The notes beneath the pieces were generated by a model, which was not told the origin of the DNA, searched no databases, and worked only from the letters and a program-made list of their open reading frames with translations. Of a DNA stretch of 64,000 nt, positions 1-10,713 are shown piece after piece. Source of the stretch: Alloascoidea hylecoeti (lineage: Eukaryota); NCBI GenBank assembly GCA_001600815.1, contig BCKZ01000008.1:837885-901884 (forward strand), read 5' to 3'. Positions within the stretch are counted from its first letter, which is position 1. Each line of letters opens with the position of its first letter. The position numbers and the translations under genes are program-made.

Positions 1-232
1 AAACCAAAGGAAGATAAACCAAGAGAGGAAGCAAAACAATTGGAGAAACCAAAGGAAGATAAACCAAAGGAAGATAAACCAAAGGAAGATAAACCAAAGG
101 AAGATAAACCAAGAGAGGAAGCAAAACAATTGGATAAACCAAAAGAAGAGAAACCAAAGGAAGATAAACCAAAAAAGGAAGCAAAACAATTGGAGAAACC
201 AAAAGAAGAAAAACCAAAAGAGGAGCCAAAAA
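1..232 (+). repeat. Coding minisatellite, 15-nt unit AAACCAAAGGAAGAT (KPKED) with EAKQL interruptions
   Basis: Tandem copies directly visible. Confidence 0.95.
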
Positions 233-3200
233 AATTAGAGAAAGCAAAAGGAGGGATTAGTGAAGTAAAAATCTTGAAACCAATAGGAGAAGATAAACCA
301 AAGAAGAAAGAAATTGATAAATTAAAATTCTCTTCTGAAAATGATAAACAAACGGAAGTTGGAATACCAACTGAAAATAATAAAGTAAAAGGAAACTCCC
401 TTAATATTGAAACTCCTAATATGCCTATAAAAGACAAAGCATTAGAAAATAAGAATCTAAGTCCCAAAGAAAATGTGGAGCCCACAACAAAAGAAAGATC
501 AATAAGTCCTTCTAAGACAAAACTTCCTCCTTCATTAATGCCATCAAGGATTCCAACACCGATGAATTTGCCCTCTAGATCTAAAAATTTATTACCACAA
601 ATTCCAGTTACCTCTTCATCTCCTGATACTGGAATGAAGCAAATTGGCTCAGATATTTCATTACCAAATATAACAGATGATTCAACCAATTCTTCACAAA
701 ATCCAACCTCTCATCTGCCACCCATTGACCACCCATCGGAAACCACACCCCGAGCTTTGGAACATACTGCTTCAAAATCTCCCCCTTTGAGGGACACTTC
801 TGTTGGACCTTCGGAGCTACCTCTTCCTCCCGTCGATACTTCAACTGCAATTTCAAGGAAATCTTCCCCACCTTTGCTCGATGAATCTTTGGAAGCTTTT
901 GTAGATTGTCTTGATGGATCAAACAGCCCACGGATATCTCCTGTAAGAGATGTAGTAGTTGGATCGTCTTCACCTTCTATATCACCTGTTGATGTTTCTA
1001 CCAGTTGGTCATGGGTACCTAAACCACCGCTTCTTGTAGATAGATTGTCGGATGCCCAAGTGTTGAATACTCAGGATCAGACAACAAGTCCGAGAACAGT
1101 TTCTCCAAACAGGGACATGTCAATTGAGGTATTACCAAATTCACCCTCTTATATTGATGTACCTACCAATTATTCAAGAGAACCAACGCCGCCTCCGCCC
1201 AATATGGATGTATCCTTAGAAGCAATCGCTCCGACTTGTGATAAATCATCAGCTGCACGTTCTTCCTCATTAGCTAGAGATGTTTCAATAGGGTCTTCAG
1301 AGATCTCACTTCCAAATGTAGATGTTTTCACAAGTTATTCACGGGCTATAACACCTCCTATCCCTCATATAGATGAATCTTCAGAAGCAATTGCATTAAC
1401 TTTTGATAAATCTTTAACTGCACAATCACTGGCTAGAGATGTTTCAGTAGGAAGCTCAGAAATTTCACTTCCCAATGTTGATNNNNNNNNNNNNNNNNNN
1501 NNNNNNNNNNNNNNNNNNNNNNNNNNNNNNNNNNNNNNNNNNNNNNNNNNNNNNNNNNNNNNNNNNNNNNNNNNNNNNNNNNNNNNNNNNNNNNNNNNNN
1601 NNNNNNNNNNNNNNNNNNNNNNNNNNNNNNNNNNNNNNNNNNNNNNNNNNNNNNNNNNNNNNNNNNNNNNNNNNNNNNNNNNNNNNNNNNNNNNNNNNNN
1701 NNNNNNNNNNNNNNNNNNNNNNNNNNNNNNNNNNNNNNNNNNNNNNNNNNNNNNNNNNNNNNNNNNNNNNNNNNNNNNNNNNNNNNNNNNNNNNNNNNNN
1801 NNNNNNNNNNNNNNNNNNNNNNNNNNNNNNNNNNNNNNNNNNNNNNNNNNNNNNNNNNNNNNNNNNNNNNNNNNNNNNNNNNNNNNNNNNNNNNNNNNNN
1901 NNNNNNNACATCAACTGGATCATCAGAACCTATTTTGGATTATGTTGATGTCTTGACAAGTTATTCACGGGCTATAACACCCCCTCTTCCTACTGTGGAT
2001 CAATCTTCTGAAGCAATTACCTCAACTTTTGATAAATCGGCAGTTGCTCAGTTTATTTTACCTATTGTTGTAGACACATCAACTGGATCATCAGAACCTG
2101 TTTTGGATAATGTTGATGCTTTCACTTATTATTCACGGGAGTCGACTCCTCCACCAGATATTGATGAGTCTTTACAAACAACACCCACTACTTTTGATAA
2201 ATCGGCTGCTGCGTCATATTTTCCTCCAACGAACGATGCTTCGGTCGGTAGTTCCAAACCTTCATACACTATAGATGCTCTAGTCAGTGCTGAACCTTTA
2301 TTTATTGATAATTGGACTAAACCTGAAATTTTTTTACCTCTTATTGATGTTTCAGCTGGGCCTTTATTACGTCCTCCGTCTCCTATAGATGCAGCAACAA
2401 CTACTTCTATTCTTGAGATACGAGACAACTCAACTGAACCAGTGAAGTCCTTAGACTTAATTGATACCGCAGTAGGTTTATCTCATGTTCTACCTCCTCC
2501 TGTCGATGCCTCTACAGAAATTCTACCCTCCACTTTTGATGTCGCTGCTGGTTCATCAGTTATTACAGTACTACGAGAGATAAATGTTGATTCTTCACGT
2601 AGTTTAACTCTATCTAATGATAGATCTACCCCGAATACAGTTGATGCCTGGACAATGGCGATGAAACAGCCTGTTTGGTTAGATGCTGCAATAGGTCCTT
2701 CAAGATCTCCTTCACCTACCATTGATGCCGCTATGGCTACCTCTTTGAAAACTAAAGATGGGTGGACAATACCTAATAGGGTTCTTTCACCTTTTGATAG
2801 ATCTGTTGACGCTTGTTACTCTATTTGTGACACTGGAATTGAGACCTGGACTTCACCAATCCGAGATGCTAACATAGAGGTGGCCAAAATTACTAACGAT
2901 ATCTCTGTAGGACCTTCAAGACAGCCATCACCTTCAAGAGATGTTTCTACTAACATTGATATTTTAACAACTGATGCGGCTATTGGTAGGAATAGATTAC
3001 CTACTCCACCAATTGATGTAGCTACGAATGCATTTTCGCTTACAAAAGATACTAACACAAGTACAGATGTTTTTCCGACAAGAGATATAGCAATTTGTAA
3101 TTCTCCTATGCATTCAGTAACTGACGTTGCTACAGGAACCCCAGGCCTTCGGACTCAAGAAGCAGCAGTTGAACCGATCGCGACTAGTATGATTTCTGAA

Positions 3201-6079
3201 GGGACATCACCAATTATTTCACCGGCTGGTAGAACTAGATCTTTGTCCAAATCTACAAGAAGTGTTTGTGTTGCAACTTCTCCAGAAATGCAACCATCAC
3301 TCCCCCCATTGCCACAAGCAAAGGAGATGATATCTGTTGGGACTGCAATGACACCTATGGTATTACCCAAATCATTATCATCGCCCAAAAGAAGGTTGTC
3401 GCCTCAAAGAAGATCTGTTTCAACTCCATTACAAATGGATACTACACCAAAAGTATTACCAAAATTACCAGCAAATGCAAATCATGTAGTTTCCAAAAGA
3501 AAATCAAGGTCTCCTTCCCGAGCTGTTTCTGTTGGGAATTCACCAATAAGAGATGCACTTGTTAAAGAATCACCACCACCATCACCACCTAATGAACCTG
3601 ATTTAGAGATGTCCACTTTATCTTTAAATCATTCACCACCACCAAGGTTGAATTTACCTGTTATTCCACAATCACCTAAAACTGAAGAAAAATTATATCA
3701 ACCACTTTATATTGATTCAAAAACTTTAGAGAATTATGTTGCAGCAGATGAATCAAATGTTTTGGTTGTTGATATTCGACCACGAGAAGAATTTAACAAG
3801 TGTCATATACCAGTGGAAAATATTATTTGTATTGATCCTATTTTATTACAAGTGAAGTAAGTTTACAAAAAATCTTTAACTTTAATCTAAAAAATCCTTC
3901 ATACTAACTAAAATTCTCATTTTTATTTTTATTTAGGCTTGATGATTCTCAACTAGAGTCAATTTTGAAAATATCAGTACCTAAGAATGAATATTATTTA
4001 TTTTTTCATAGACATGAATTTAATGTCATTGTATATTATACTGATGAAAAGATAATTAAGGATTATAACGAAGATACTTTGAAACATTTCCATGATGCTG
4101 TTTTAACACCATATTCTGCAAAACCATTGAAGCAACCTCCTCCTAGATTGTTGGTTGGAGGAATTGAAGCATGGAAAAGAAACAACAATAGGAAATCTGG
4201 GGTTTCATCACCTTCGACTCCTTTACCTTTGGCCCGCCTTCCTTCTCCAACCACCAGAAGCATCGACTCGTCGCCCATATCTGAGAAGACTCAAGATTTG
4301 AAACCAATTGAAACAGAATATAAACAGTTAAGATCATCACCCGAAAGCTCAGAAGAAGAAGAGGATCAAACTATTTCATATGACGAAAGACCTCCTCCAC
4401 TTCCAATTCCCCAGATTATTCAAGAATCACCACGCCAGGTTTCAAATAAGATGGATTCAGATCTACCGCCTCCTCCACCACCCAAAGATGATATCGAACC
4501 ACAACCACAGAAACAACTTCAACCTCGAAGAAGGATTCCACCAGAATCACCATTGCTAACTCCTGCGCCTCAAAGAATGATTGAACCTCGTATTCCAACA
4601 GTTCAAGATGTTTTTGATGAGACTGAAACTTCTACGGAATCAGATTATGATAGAGATTTAGATACAATTATGGAAGCATCTATAATGTCATCTCGTGGAG
4701 CAGGTGCACAATTAATATTTAATGAAAACTTTGAAACAATAGTTGGATTAAGAAATTTAGGTAATACAAGCTATTTAAATTGTATTATACAATGTTTAGC
4801 TGGATCAAAAGAATTTTGTCGTTTTTTCCTTGATGGTAATTTTGTTAAATTTTTACATCAAGTTAGAGTTACTAATAAAAGTGCAGCATTAGTTTATGAT
4901 TTTGCATCATTAATTGTTGCAATGTATACAAATTCTGGAAGATGTATATCCCCTGAACCATTGATTAGAAAAATAATAGCGCTGAGACCAGAATTTAAAC
5001 TTGATAATGAAAAAGATTGTCATAAATGTTTATCATTTTTGTTATCACAATTACATTCAGAAATGAGTGAAAAATCAAAGATTAATATGTTATTTGAATT
5101 TCCTGTTGAAGAATCTCAAGGAATGTCTAATTCACTATCAGCTTGGAAACGTTATGTTACAACAAAAGGATCAGTAATTACATATTTTTTTGAAGGACAA
5201 TCACAAATTGAAATTAAATGTCTTAGTTGTGGTAATACAGCAACTCAATTTCAAACTTTCTCAACATTAACTTTACCAATTCCATCTAGAGATGATATAA
5301 TTACAGATGATTACGGATCAAGATTTTTACTTGAAGATTGTTTTAAAACACTTTGTGGTGATCAAGTACTTCAAGGAGAAGAAGCATGGCAATGTCCAAA
5401 ATGTAAAGAACAAGAAATGGCAAAAAGTTATCATCGAAATAGTGGTAGTAAAGCATCATTAGATTCAGAAAATTCATCAATTTCATTAACAATTTCATCA
5501 TCTCCAACTACTGAAAAACATCATCTATTTAAAGGCCGAAAATTTAATATTTTTTCAGGAAAGAAGGATAAATCACAATTGCCACCATCATCTTCATCAC
5601 CAATACCATCGATTGCATCATCATCAAGTCCAAAAATCAAATACAGAAGATCAGTTAAAAGCACAAGGATTTCTATTTTCCCAGAAACATTGTTAATCCA
5701 TATTAATAGATTCACACCAAATGGAAGTGATAAAAATGATGTAACGATTTGTTATCCATTAGTACTTGATCTTTCTAAATATTCATCAAATTTCAAAGCA
5801 GCTGCTGAATCAGAAAATAACAATGAAAAGATTATATATTCATTATTCTCAGTTTCGAATCATTCAGGATCTTTAAATAAAGGGCACTATACAAGTTTAG
5901 TTAAAAAGCGAGTCGTATACGATGATTCGTCACAACCTGAATCAGCTTGGTGTTATTTTGATGATGAACAGGTTAAAATTGATATTAAACATGGTAATCC
6001 AGATGCACAATACGGGAAGACAAACAGTTCAATTAATAACGCATTTGCATATATATTGTTTTATGAGAGAATAATTTGA
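1..6079 (+). CDS. DOA4: Giant Doa4/Ubp5-family ubiquitin-specific protease-like protein (repeat-rich N-terminus, rhodanese domain, USP domain with catalytic Cys->Ser); 5'-truncated by the window, interrupted by an N gap, one intron 3857-3936
   Basis: Frame is open from base 1 and the same repeat continues across the gap. Rhodanese-like VLVVDIRPREEFNKCHIP...CIDP joins LVGGIEAW through a GTAAGT..TACTAAC..TAG intron that restores frame. USP boxes GLRNLGNTSYLNCIIQCL, NHSGSLNKGHYT, WCYFDDE. Could be a paralogue rather than the orthologue. Confidence 0.8.
1150..2260 (+). repeat. Degenerate coding repeat of about 50-55 aa (DVS[IV]GSSE..L.NVD.FT.YSR..TPP.P..DESS.AI..TFDKS) spanning the assembly gap
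   Basis: ACAAGTTATTCACGGGCTATAACACC at about 1330 and 1956; TTTGATAAATC recurs; the gap falls inside the array. Confidence 0.9.
1483..1907. other. Assembly gap (425 N) inside the coding repeat
   Basis: N run. Confidence 1.
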
Positions 6080-6223
6080 ATAATAAACAAGCATTAATAT
6101 TAATATTGATGTACTATATAATATAATTATAATTGCTATAGCTATTTTTTAATTGTATGCGGAATTTATATTATCATCATCTGATAATTGCGGATGTTGA
6201 CCTGCCAGTTTAACCAGATTAGG

Positions 6224-6655
6224 TGACTCATATGATTAGAGTTTAGGTAACGAAACCTAAGAAATGAAGTTTGATCCTATCAGAATAGCAACAAGAACAA
6301 TGACTTTGAAAGGAGACATTCATGGAAAAGCCATGATCATCGAATCCTCCGACGAAGGATAAGCAGCGCATAATTATAATAATCTACCGGAAAAATGCAG
6401 TATTTGGTGACTTGTGACACCGCATACAGTTGACCATGGGGACTCCTCGCGCCCACGGGGCCCCACTGATCAGTAGGAAACATTGAAAATAACTAATTGT
6501 AGTGTAAGTTCTTTGGGTCAGACACTGGGCCTCCATACGTGTCACCCAAGCCATCCACCCCCACCAAAATACAGCCCGAACCCACCAATAACTACCTAAT
6601 AATGGTCGAATTACACTATTCTATTATGCAAATGCCAACATGCATGGCCGGGTAA
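6224..6655 (+). promoter_or_regulatory. GUT2 upstream region: TGACTCAT (Gcn4/AP-1-like, 6224-6231), CCCCAC Mig1-like boxes, CCGGGTAA Reb1-like site (6648-6655)
   Basis: Consensus matches only. Confidence 0.4.
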
Positions 6656-6757
6656 AACATCTGTCAGTTCCCACATAAAATGGCTGCTTTTCCTTTCCCT
6701 TTTCCATTCCAAGAAATCCAAAAAATCCTCGTTTTTTAATCATTGCTATTCAAAATC

Positions 6758-8557
6758 ATGGCTTCGAGAATCTTGAAATTCGGCTTAGGTTTGACCACTG
6801 CCGTCGTTGCCTCAGGCTCCGGGATCAAATACTACAATGACCAAAAGAGGTCAATGTCCACCTTTGTTGCCCCAAAATCGGTTCCTGCTCCTCTTTCCAG
6901 ATCTGCCCTTTTACAAAATGTTATCAATTCAAAAGGTGATGATAAATATGATATGGTAATTGTCGGTGGTGGTTCATCAGGGGCCGGTGTTGCCCTTGAT
7001 GCAACAACAAGAGGATTAAAGGTATTAGTGGTCGAGAAAAATGACTTTGCGTCCGGTACAAGTTCGAAGTCAACAAAGATGGTCCACGGTGGTGTAAGAT
7101 ATTTAGAGAAGGCATTTTGGGAATTAGATTATAAACAATTTGGTTTAGTTTCCGAGGCTTTATATGAAAGAGAGACTTTTTTAAATATTGCTCCCCATTT
7201 AACGTCCACATTGCCCATCATTATCCCTGTTTATAAATTATGGCAATTACCTTACTTATGGGCTGGATGTAAAATGTACGATGCTGTTGCCTGGAATAGA
7301 AACTTAAAGGCTTCTTATGTTATTTCTAAAAAGACGGTTAATAATCTTTTCCCAACCATGAAAACCGATGGGATGAAAGCTGCTTTAGTTTATCATGATG
7401 GTTCCTTTAATGATGCAAGGATGAACGTTTCCTTGGCGTTAACTGCAGCCGAAAAAGGTGCAACTATTTTAAATTATTTTGAAGTTGTTGATTTAAAGAA
7501 AGATCAAAGTGGAAAACTTAATGGTCTTACTGGTACTGATAGATTAACTGGTGAAAAATATGAAATTGAAACAAAATCTATTGTTAATTGTACTGGTCCA
7601 TTTGCTGATAATATTTTAAGATTAGATGATCCTTCAATTGCTGCAGATAGAAACTTAATTGTCCCTTCATCTGGAGTTCATGTTACTTTCCCAAGTTATT
7701 TGGGTTCTAAAACACTTGGTTTATTAGATCCTGCCACTCCTGATGGCCGTGTTTTGTTTTTCCTGCCATGGCAAGGACAAATTATTGCTGGTACAACTGA
7801 CAATAATCTTCCAAAATCTGTTGAATATCCAAAACCTGAAGAAGCTGATGTTAAATGGATCATTGAACAAATCAATAGTTATTTGAATGTTGAAGTTACT
7901 GAAGAAGATGTTTTATCATCATGGTCTGGTATTCGTCCATTAGTACGTGATTTAACTAAATCAAATACCGAATCTTTAGTTAGAAGTCATCTTGTTGTTG
8001 TAACTAAATCAAATTTAGTTTCTTTGACCGGAGGTAAATGGACCACTTATAGACAAATGGCTGAAGATGCTGTTGATAAAGCAATTGAAGTTGCAAACTT
8101 AAAACCAACTAAATTCACAAAATCTCAGACAACTAAAGTTAAAGTAATTGGTTCAGATGATGGATTTGATAAAATTCAATTACCAATTTATTTATCAAAA
8201 AAATTTCAAATTCCATTTAGTATTGCAGAACATTTATCAAATAATTATGGTACAAGATCTGAAACAATTTTATCTAAATATAATACTATCGGACAAACAA
8301 GATTAATCAATCCAAATGATATAGATTCTCATTTAACAATTGCTGAATTATTATATTCTATACATTATGAATATACTGTTCATGCTGCTGATTTCTTGAT
8401 GAATAGATCAAGATTAGCATTTTTAAATTTAAAGAGTGCAAAGGAATCATTACCAACTATTATTGATATAATGGGTGATGAATTACATTGGAATAAAGAA
8501 CAAAGAGAAAAGGAAAGACTTTATAGTGAAGAAGTTTTAAAATCTTTTAGAGCTTAG
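6758..8557 (+). CDS. GUT2: Mitochondrial FAD-dependent glycerol-3-phosphate dehydrogenase
   Basis: GGGSSGAG FAD-binding motif, GTSSKSTKMVHGGVRYLEKA, GGKWTTYRQMAE; first ATG at 6758. Confidence 0.95.
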   Translation: MASRILKFGLGLTTAVVASGSGIKYYNDQKRSMSTFVAPKSVPAPLSRSALLQNVINSKGDDKYDMVIVGGGSSGAGVALDATTRGLKVLVVEKNDFASGTSSKSTKMVHGGVRYLEKAFWELDYKQFGLVSEALYERETFLNIAPHLTSTLPIIIPVYKLWQLPYLWAGCKMYDAVAWNRNLKASYVISKKTVNNLFPTMKTDGMKAALVYHDGSFNDARMNVSLALTAAEKGATILNYFEVVDLKKDQSGKLNGLTGTDRLTGEKYEIETKSIVNCTGPFADNILRLDDPSIAADRNLIVPSSGVHVTFPSYLGSKTLGLLDPATPDGRVLFFLPWQGQIIAGTTDNNLPKSVEYPKPEEADVKWIIEQINSYLNVEVTEEDVLSSWSGIRPLVRDLTKSNTESLVRSHLVVVTKSNLVSLTGGKWTTYRQMAEDAVDKAIEVANLKPTKFTKSQTTKVKVIGSDDGFDKIQLPIYLSKKFQIPFSIAEHLSNNYGTRSETILSKYNTIGQTRLINPNDIDSHLTIAELLYSIHYEYTVHAADFLMNRSRLAFLNLKSAKESLPTIIDIMGDELHWNKEQREKERLYSEEVLKSFRA

Positions 8558-9484
8558 ACCTTTGAAAGGAAAAATAAAATATAACACGTTCTTTTATTAT
8601 TAATATAATTGATTAGTTTGTTTCATTGATACAAGCAACCGATATATTTGATACATTGTTAATAACAACACGATAAAAAAAATATACAATATTTGCTTAA
8701 TTAAGGAAGAAAAAAATGACGGTGACTTTTGATATTAAAGAATTTTTAAAACAGGAAAACTCTTTATATATATATTTTTACGTATATATATGTTCGTATG
8801 ATTGATATATATTGACTTTTAAAATTTATTTTGCAATTGACTTTATGATTAGACTTTACTGTTAATATTTCACCCTAATATTTTTACTTTTTTACTATTT
8901 TAATATTTAATTTTTTCTTTGCTTGTAATAATAGTTGTAATTATCAGATGTTTTTTCTTTTGACTTAATTATTATTTATTAATATTCCAATAAACTAAAA
9001 TTTATGATATCAATACTAATAATGTTTACTTATTTGGTGTATAATATGTATGGAGATAGTAATAGCGCGCGAACGTTATATGAGAATATTATTTTGAAAA
9101 TTTGAAGATCTTATTATTATTTCGTATCTGCCATATACGGAATTTATAATTAGTGCTCAAGATTATATAACTGATCATTATAACGTTCGTTAGATGAAGG
9201 TTAATTTACATGGATGGTTTATAAAGCTATAGATAGATCTGTATATAATTTACAAAGCAGGTAATTGCAACCGTTGAACATGCATAATTATAAGACATAA
9301 TTGCCAAATATTAATAGAATTATACATATGAACATTTTAGAAAGCTTTTAATTTGAATGGGCATATCCATATCTATATTTACTAATATAGCTCTGGAGTC
9401 TGGAGTCTGTACAGAGAAAAGTAAGGTTTATCCAATATTTGATTGTACATAAATGTTGGTTTCTCGGAAAATACAAGAAATATA

Positions 9485-10540
9485 CTAAATTTGTGGCTTT
9501 CCACCTTTAATAACCCCTTGTCTTAAAGCAACTTCGATTTGATCACTTATGACATCTTTCCATTTCTTAATGCCAGTATTCATTCCTAATTCCCACTCAC
9601 TCCTCTCTGGTTTCATTTGTCCTTTGTAGATTAGTTCTGAAATTAACGTTTCATCTCCTATTTCTTCTCGATAATGAGAAACTCGTGGCTCTTCATCATA
9701 AGCAATTCGACTTATATCAACTAGCATATTTGCAGTTAGACCCCAAACGTTTTTAGATACAGAAGAATGTCTATCAGCTTCACCTGTTTTTGGATCGGTT
9801 TCTTCGGATGAAAGATCACTAACATCAGCAAGCCAATCTGCTTCATCGGGTTGTCTAGTTGTAACTTGAAAATTATGTATAACCCATGGTAATTCTGCCC
9901 ATTTCACTTTCCCTCCTTTATATTTGGTAATATTTTTATTTTTATTTTTATTATCATTATCATTTATATATTCGGATAAATCAACCTTCCCATATAAAAA
10001 TTGAATCAAAGGAGCTGAAAAAAGACTACTTGTTTCCATAGGATTTAAATTAAATTTCAAAATATCTTTCAATTCCGATAAACCATCAAGATTATTATCA
10101 AATTTGTTTTCTTTTATATCCAAGAATGCAATACATGGATAAGTAGCTAAGAAATTTCTTGAAAGATAAGGTGGAAATATAGTTAAATGTTCTAAACTTA
10201 TCCCCTTTGGTAATTCATCATTATAGCGGGGTAAGCCAATCTCCTCAAAAGCTTCTCTTCTAGCAATATCCCATGGAGTCTCTTCAAGACTATCGGATTT
10301 CCCACCTGGAAAAGCAACATGACCAGGGAAACTCCTCAGTTTACGGGATCTAACTGTTAATAATACCCGTAACTCACCTAACTTACCGAGAAATAGGACC
10401 ACAAGAACTGAGGAGCGTCTCTTTACAACCAGATTATCCCAAGTATTTCCATGCATATGGGCTGAAGGATTGAGATGGTAGAAATTTCTCAATCTCTCCA
10501 AACATGCGAGAGAGGCAGCTAATAATGGAGGTTTAGTCAT
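9485..10540 (-). CDS. PCD1: Nudix-family CoA diphosphatase
   Basis: LLTVRSRKLRSFPGHVAFPGG (CoA motif), Nudix box ARREAFEEIGL, VWGLTA. Confidence 0.9.
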   Translation of the reverse strand: MTKPPLLAASLACLERLRNFYHLNPSAHMHGNTWDNLVVKRRSSVLVVLFLGKLGELRVLLTVRSRKLRSFPGHVAFPGGKSDSLEETPWDIARREAFEEIGLPRYNDELPKGISLEHLTIFPPYLSRNFLATYPCIAFLDIKENKFDNNLDGLSELKDILKFNLNPMETSSLFSAPLIQFLYGKVDLSEYINDNDNKNKNKNITKYKGGKVKWAELPWVIHNFQVTTRQPDEADWLADVSDLSSEETDPKTGEADRHSSVSKNVWGLTANMLVDISRIAYDEEPRVSHYREEIGDETLISELIYKGQMKPERSEWELGMNTGIKKWKDVISDQIEVALRQGVIKGGKPQI

Positions 10541-10713
10541 AATTAGTACTTCCCATTAAAATGTGTAAGTTATACGTTAAGTACGCTTAAGACTTGTGGT
10601 GGATTTCATCACGTGCACATCACATGTACCTCTATTTTCATTAAATTTGTCTGATTTTGTTTTATCTGCTTAATTTTTGGCTTGACTGGCAATCAACCAA
10701 TAATTCTTGTATA

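Noticed and set aside
1465..1956. Apparent frameshift and separate ORFs around the first N gap
   Set aside because: Gap length is only an estimate; the same protein repeat continues on both sides
10466..10492. PTS2-like RLRNFYHL in Pcd1
   Set aside because: Only four residues between RL and HL; the consensus needs five
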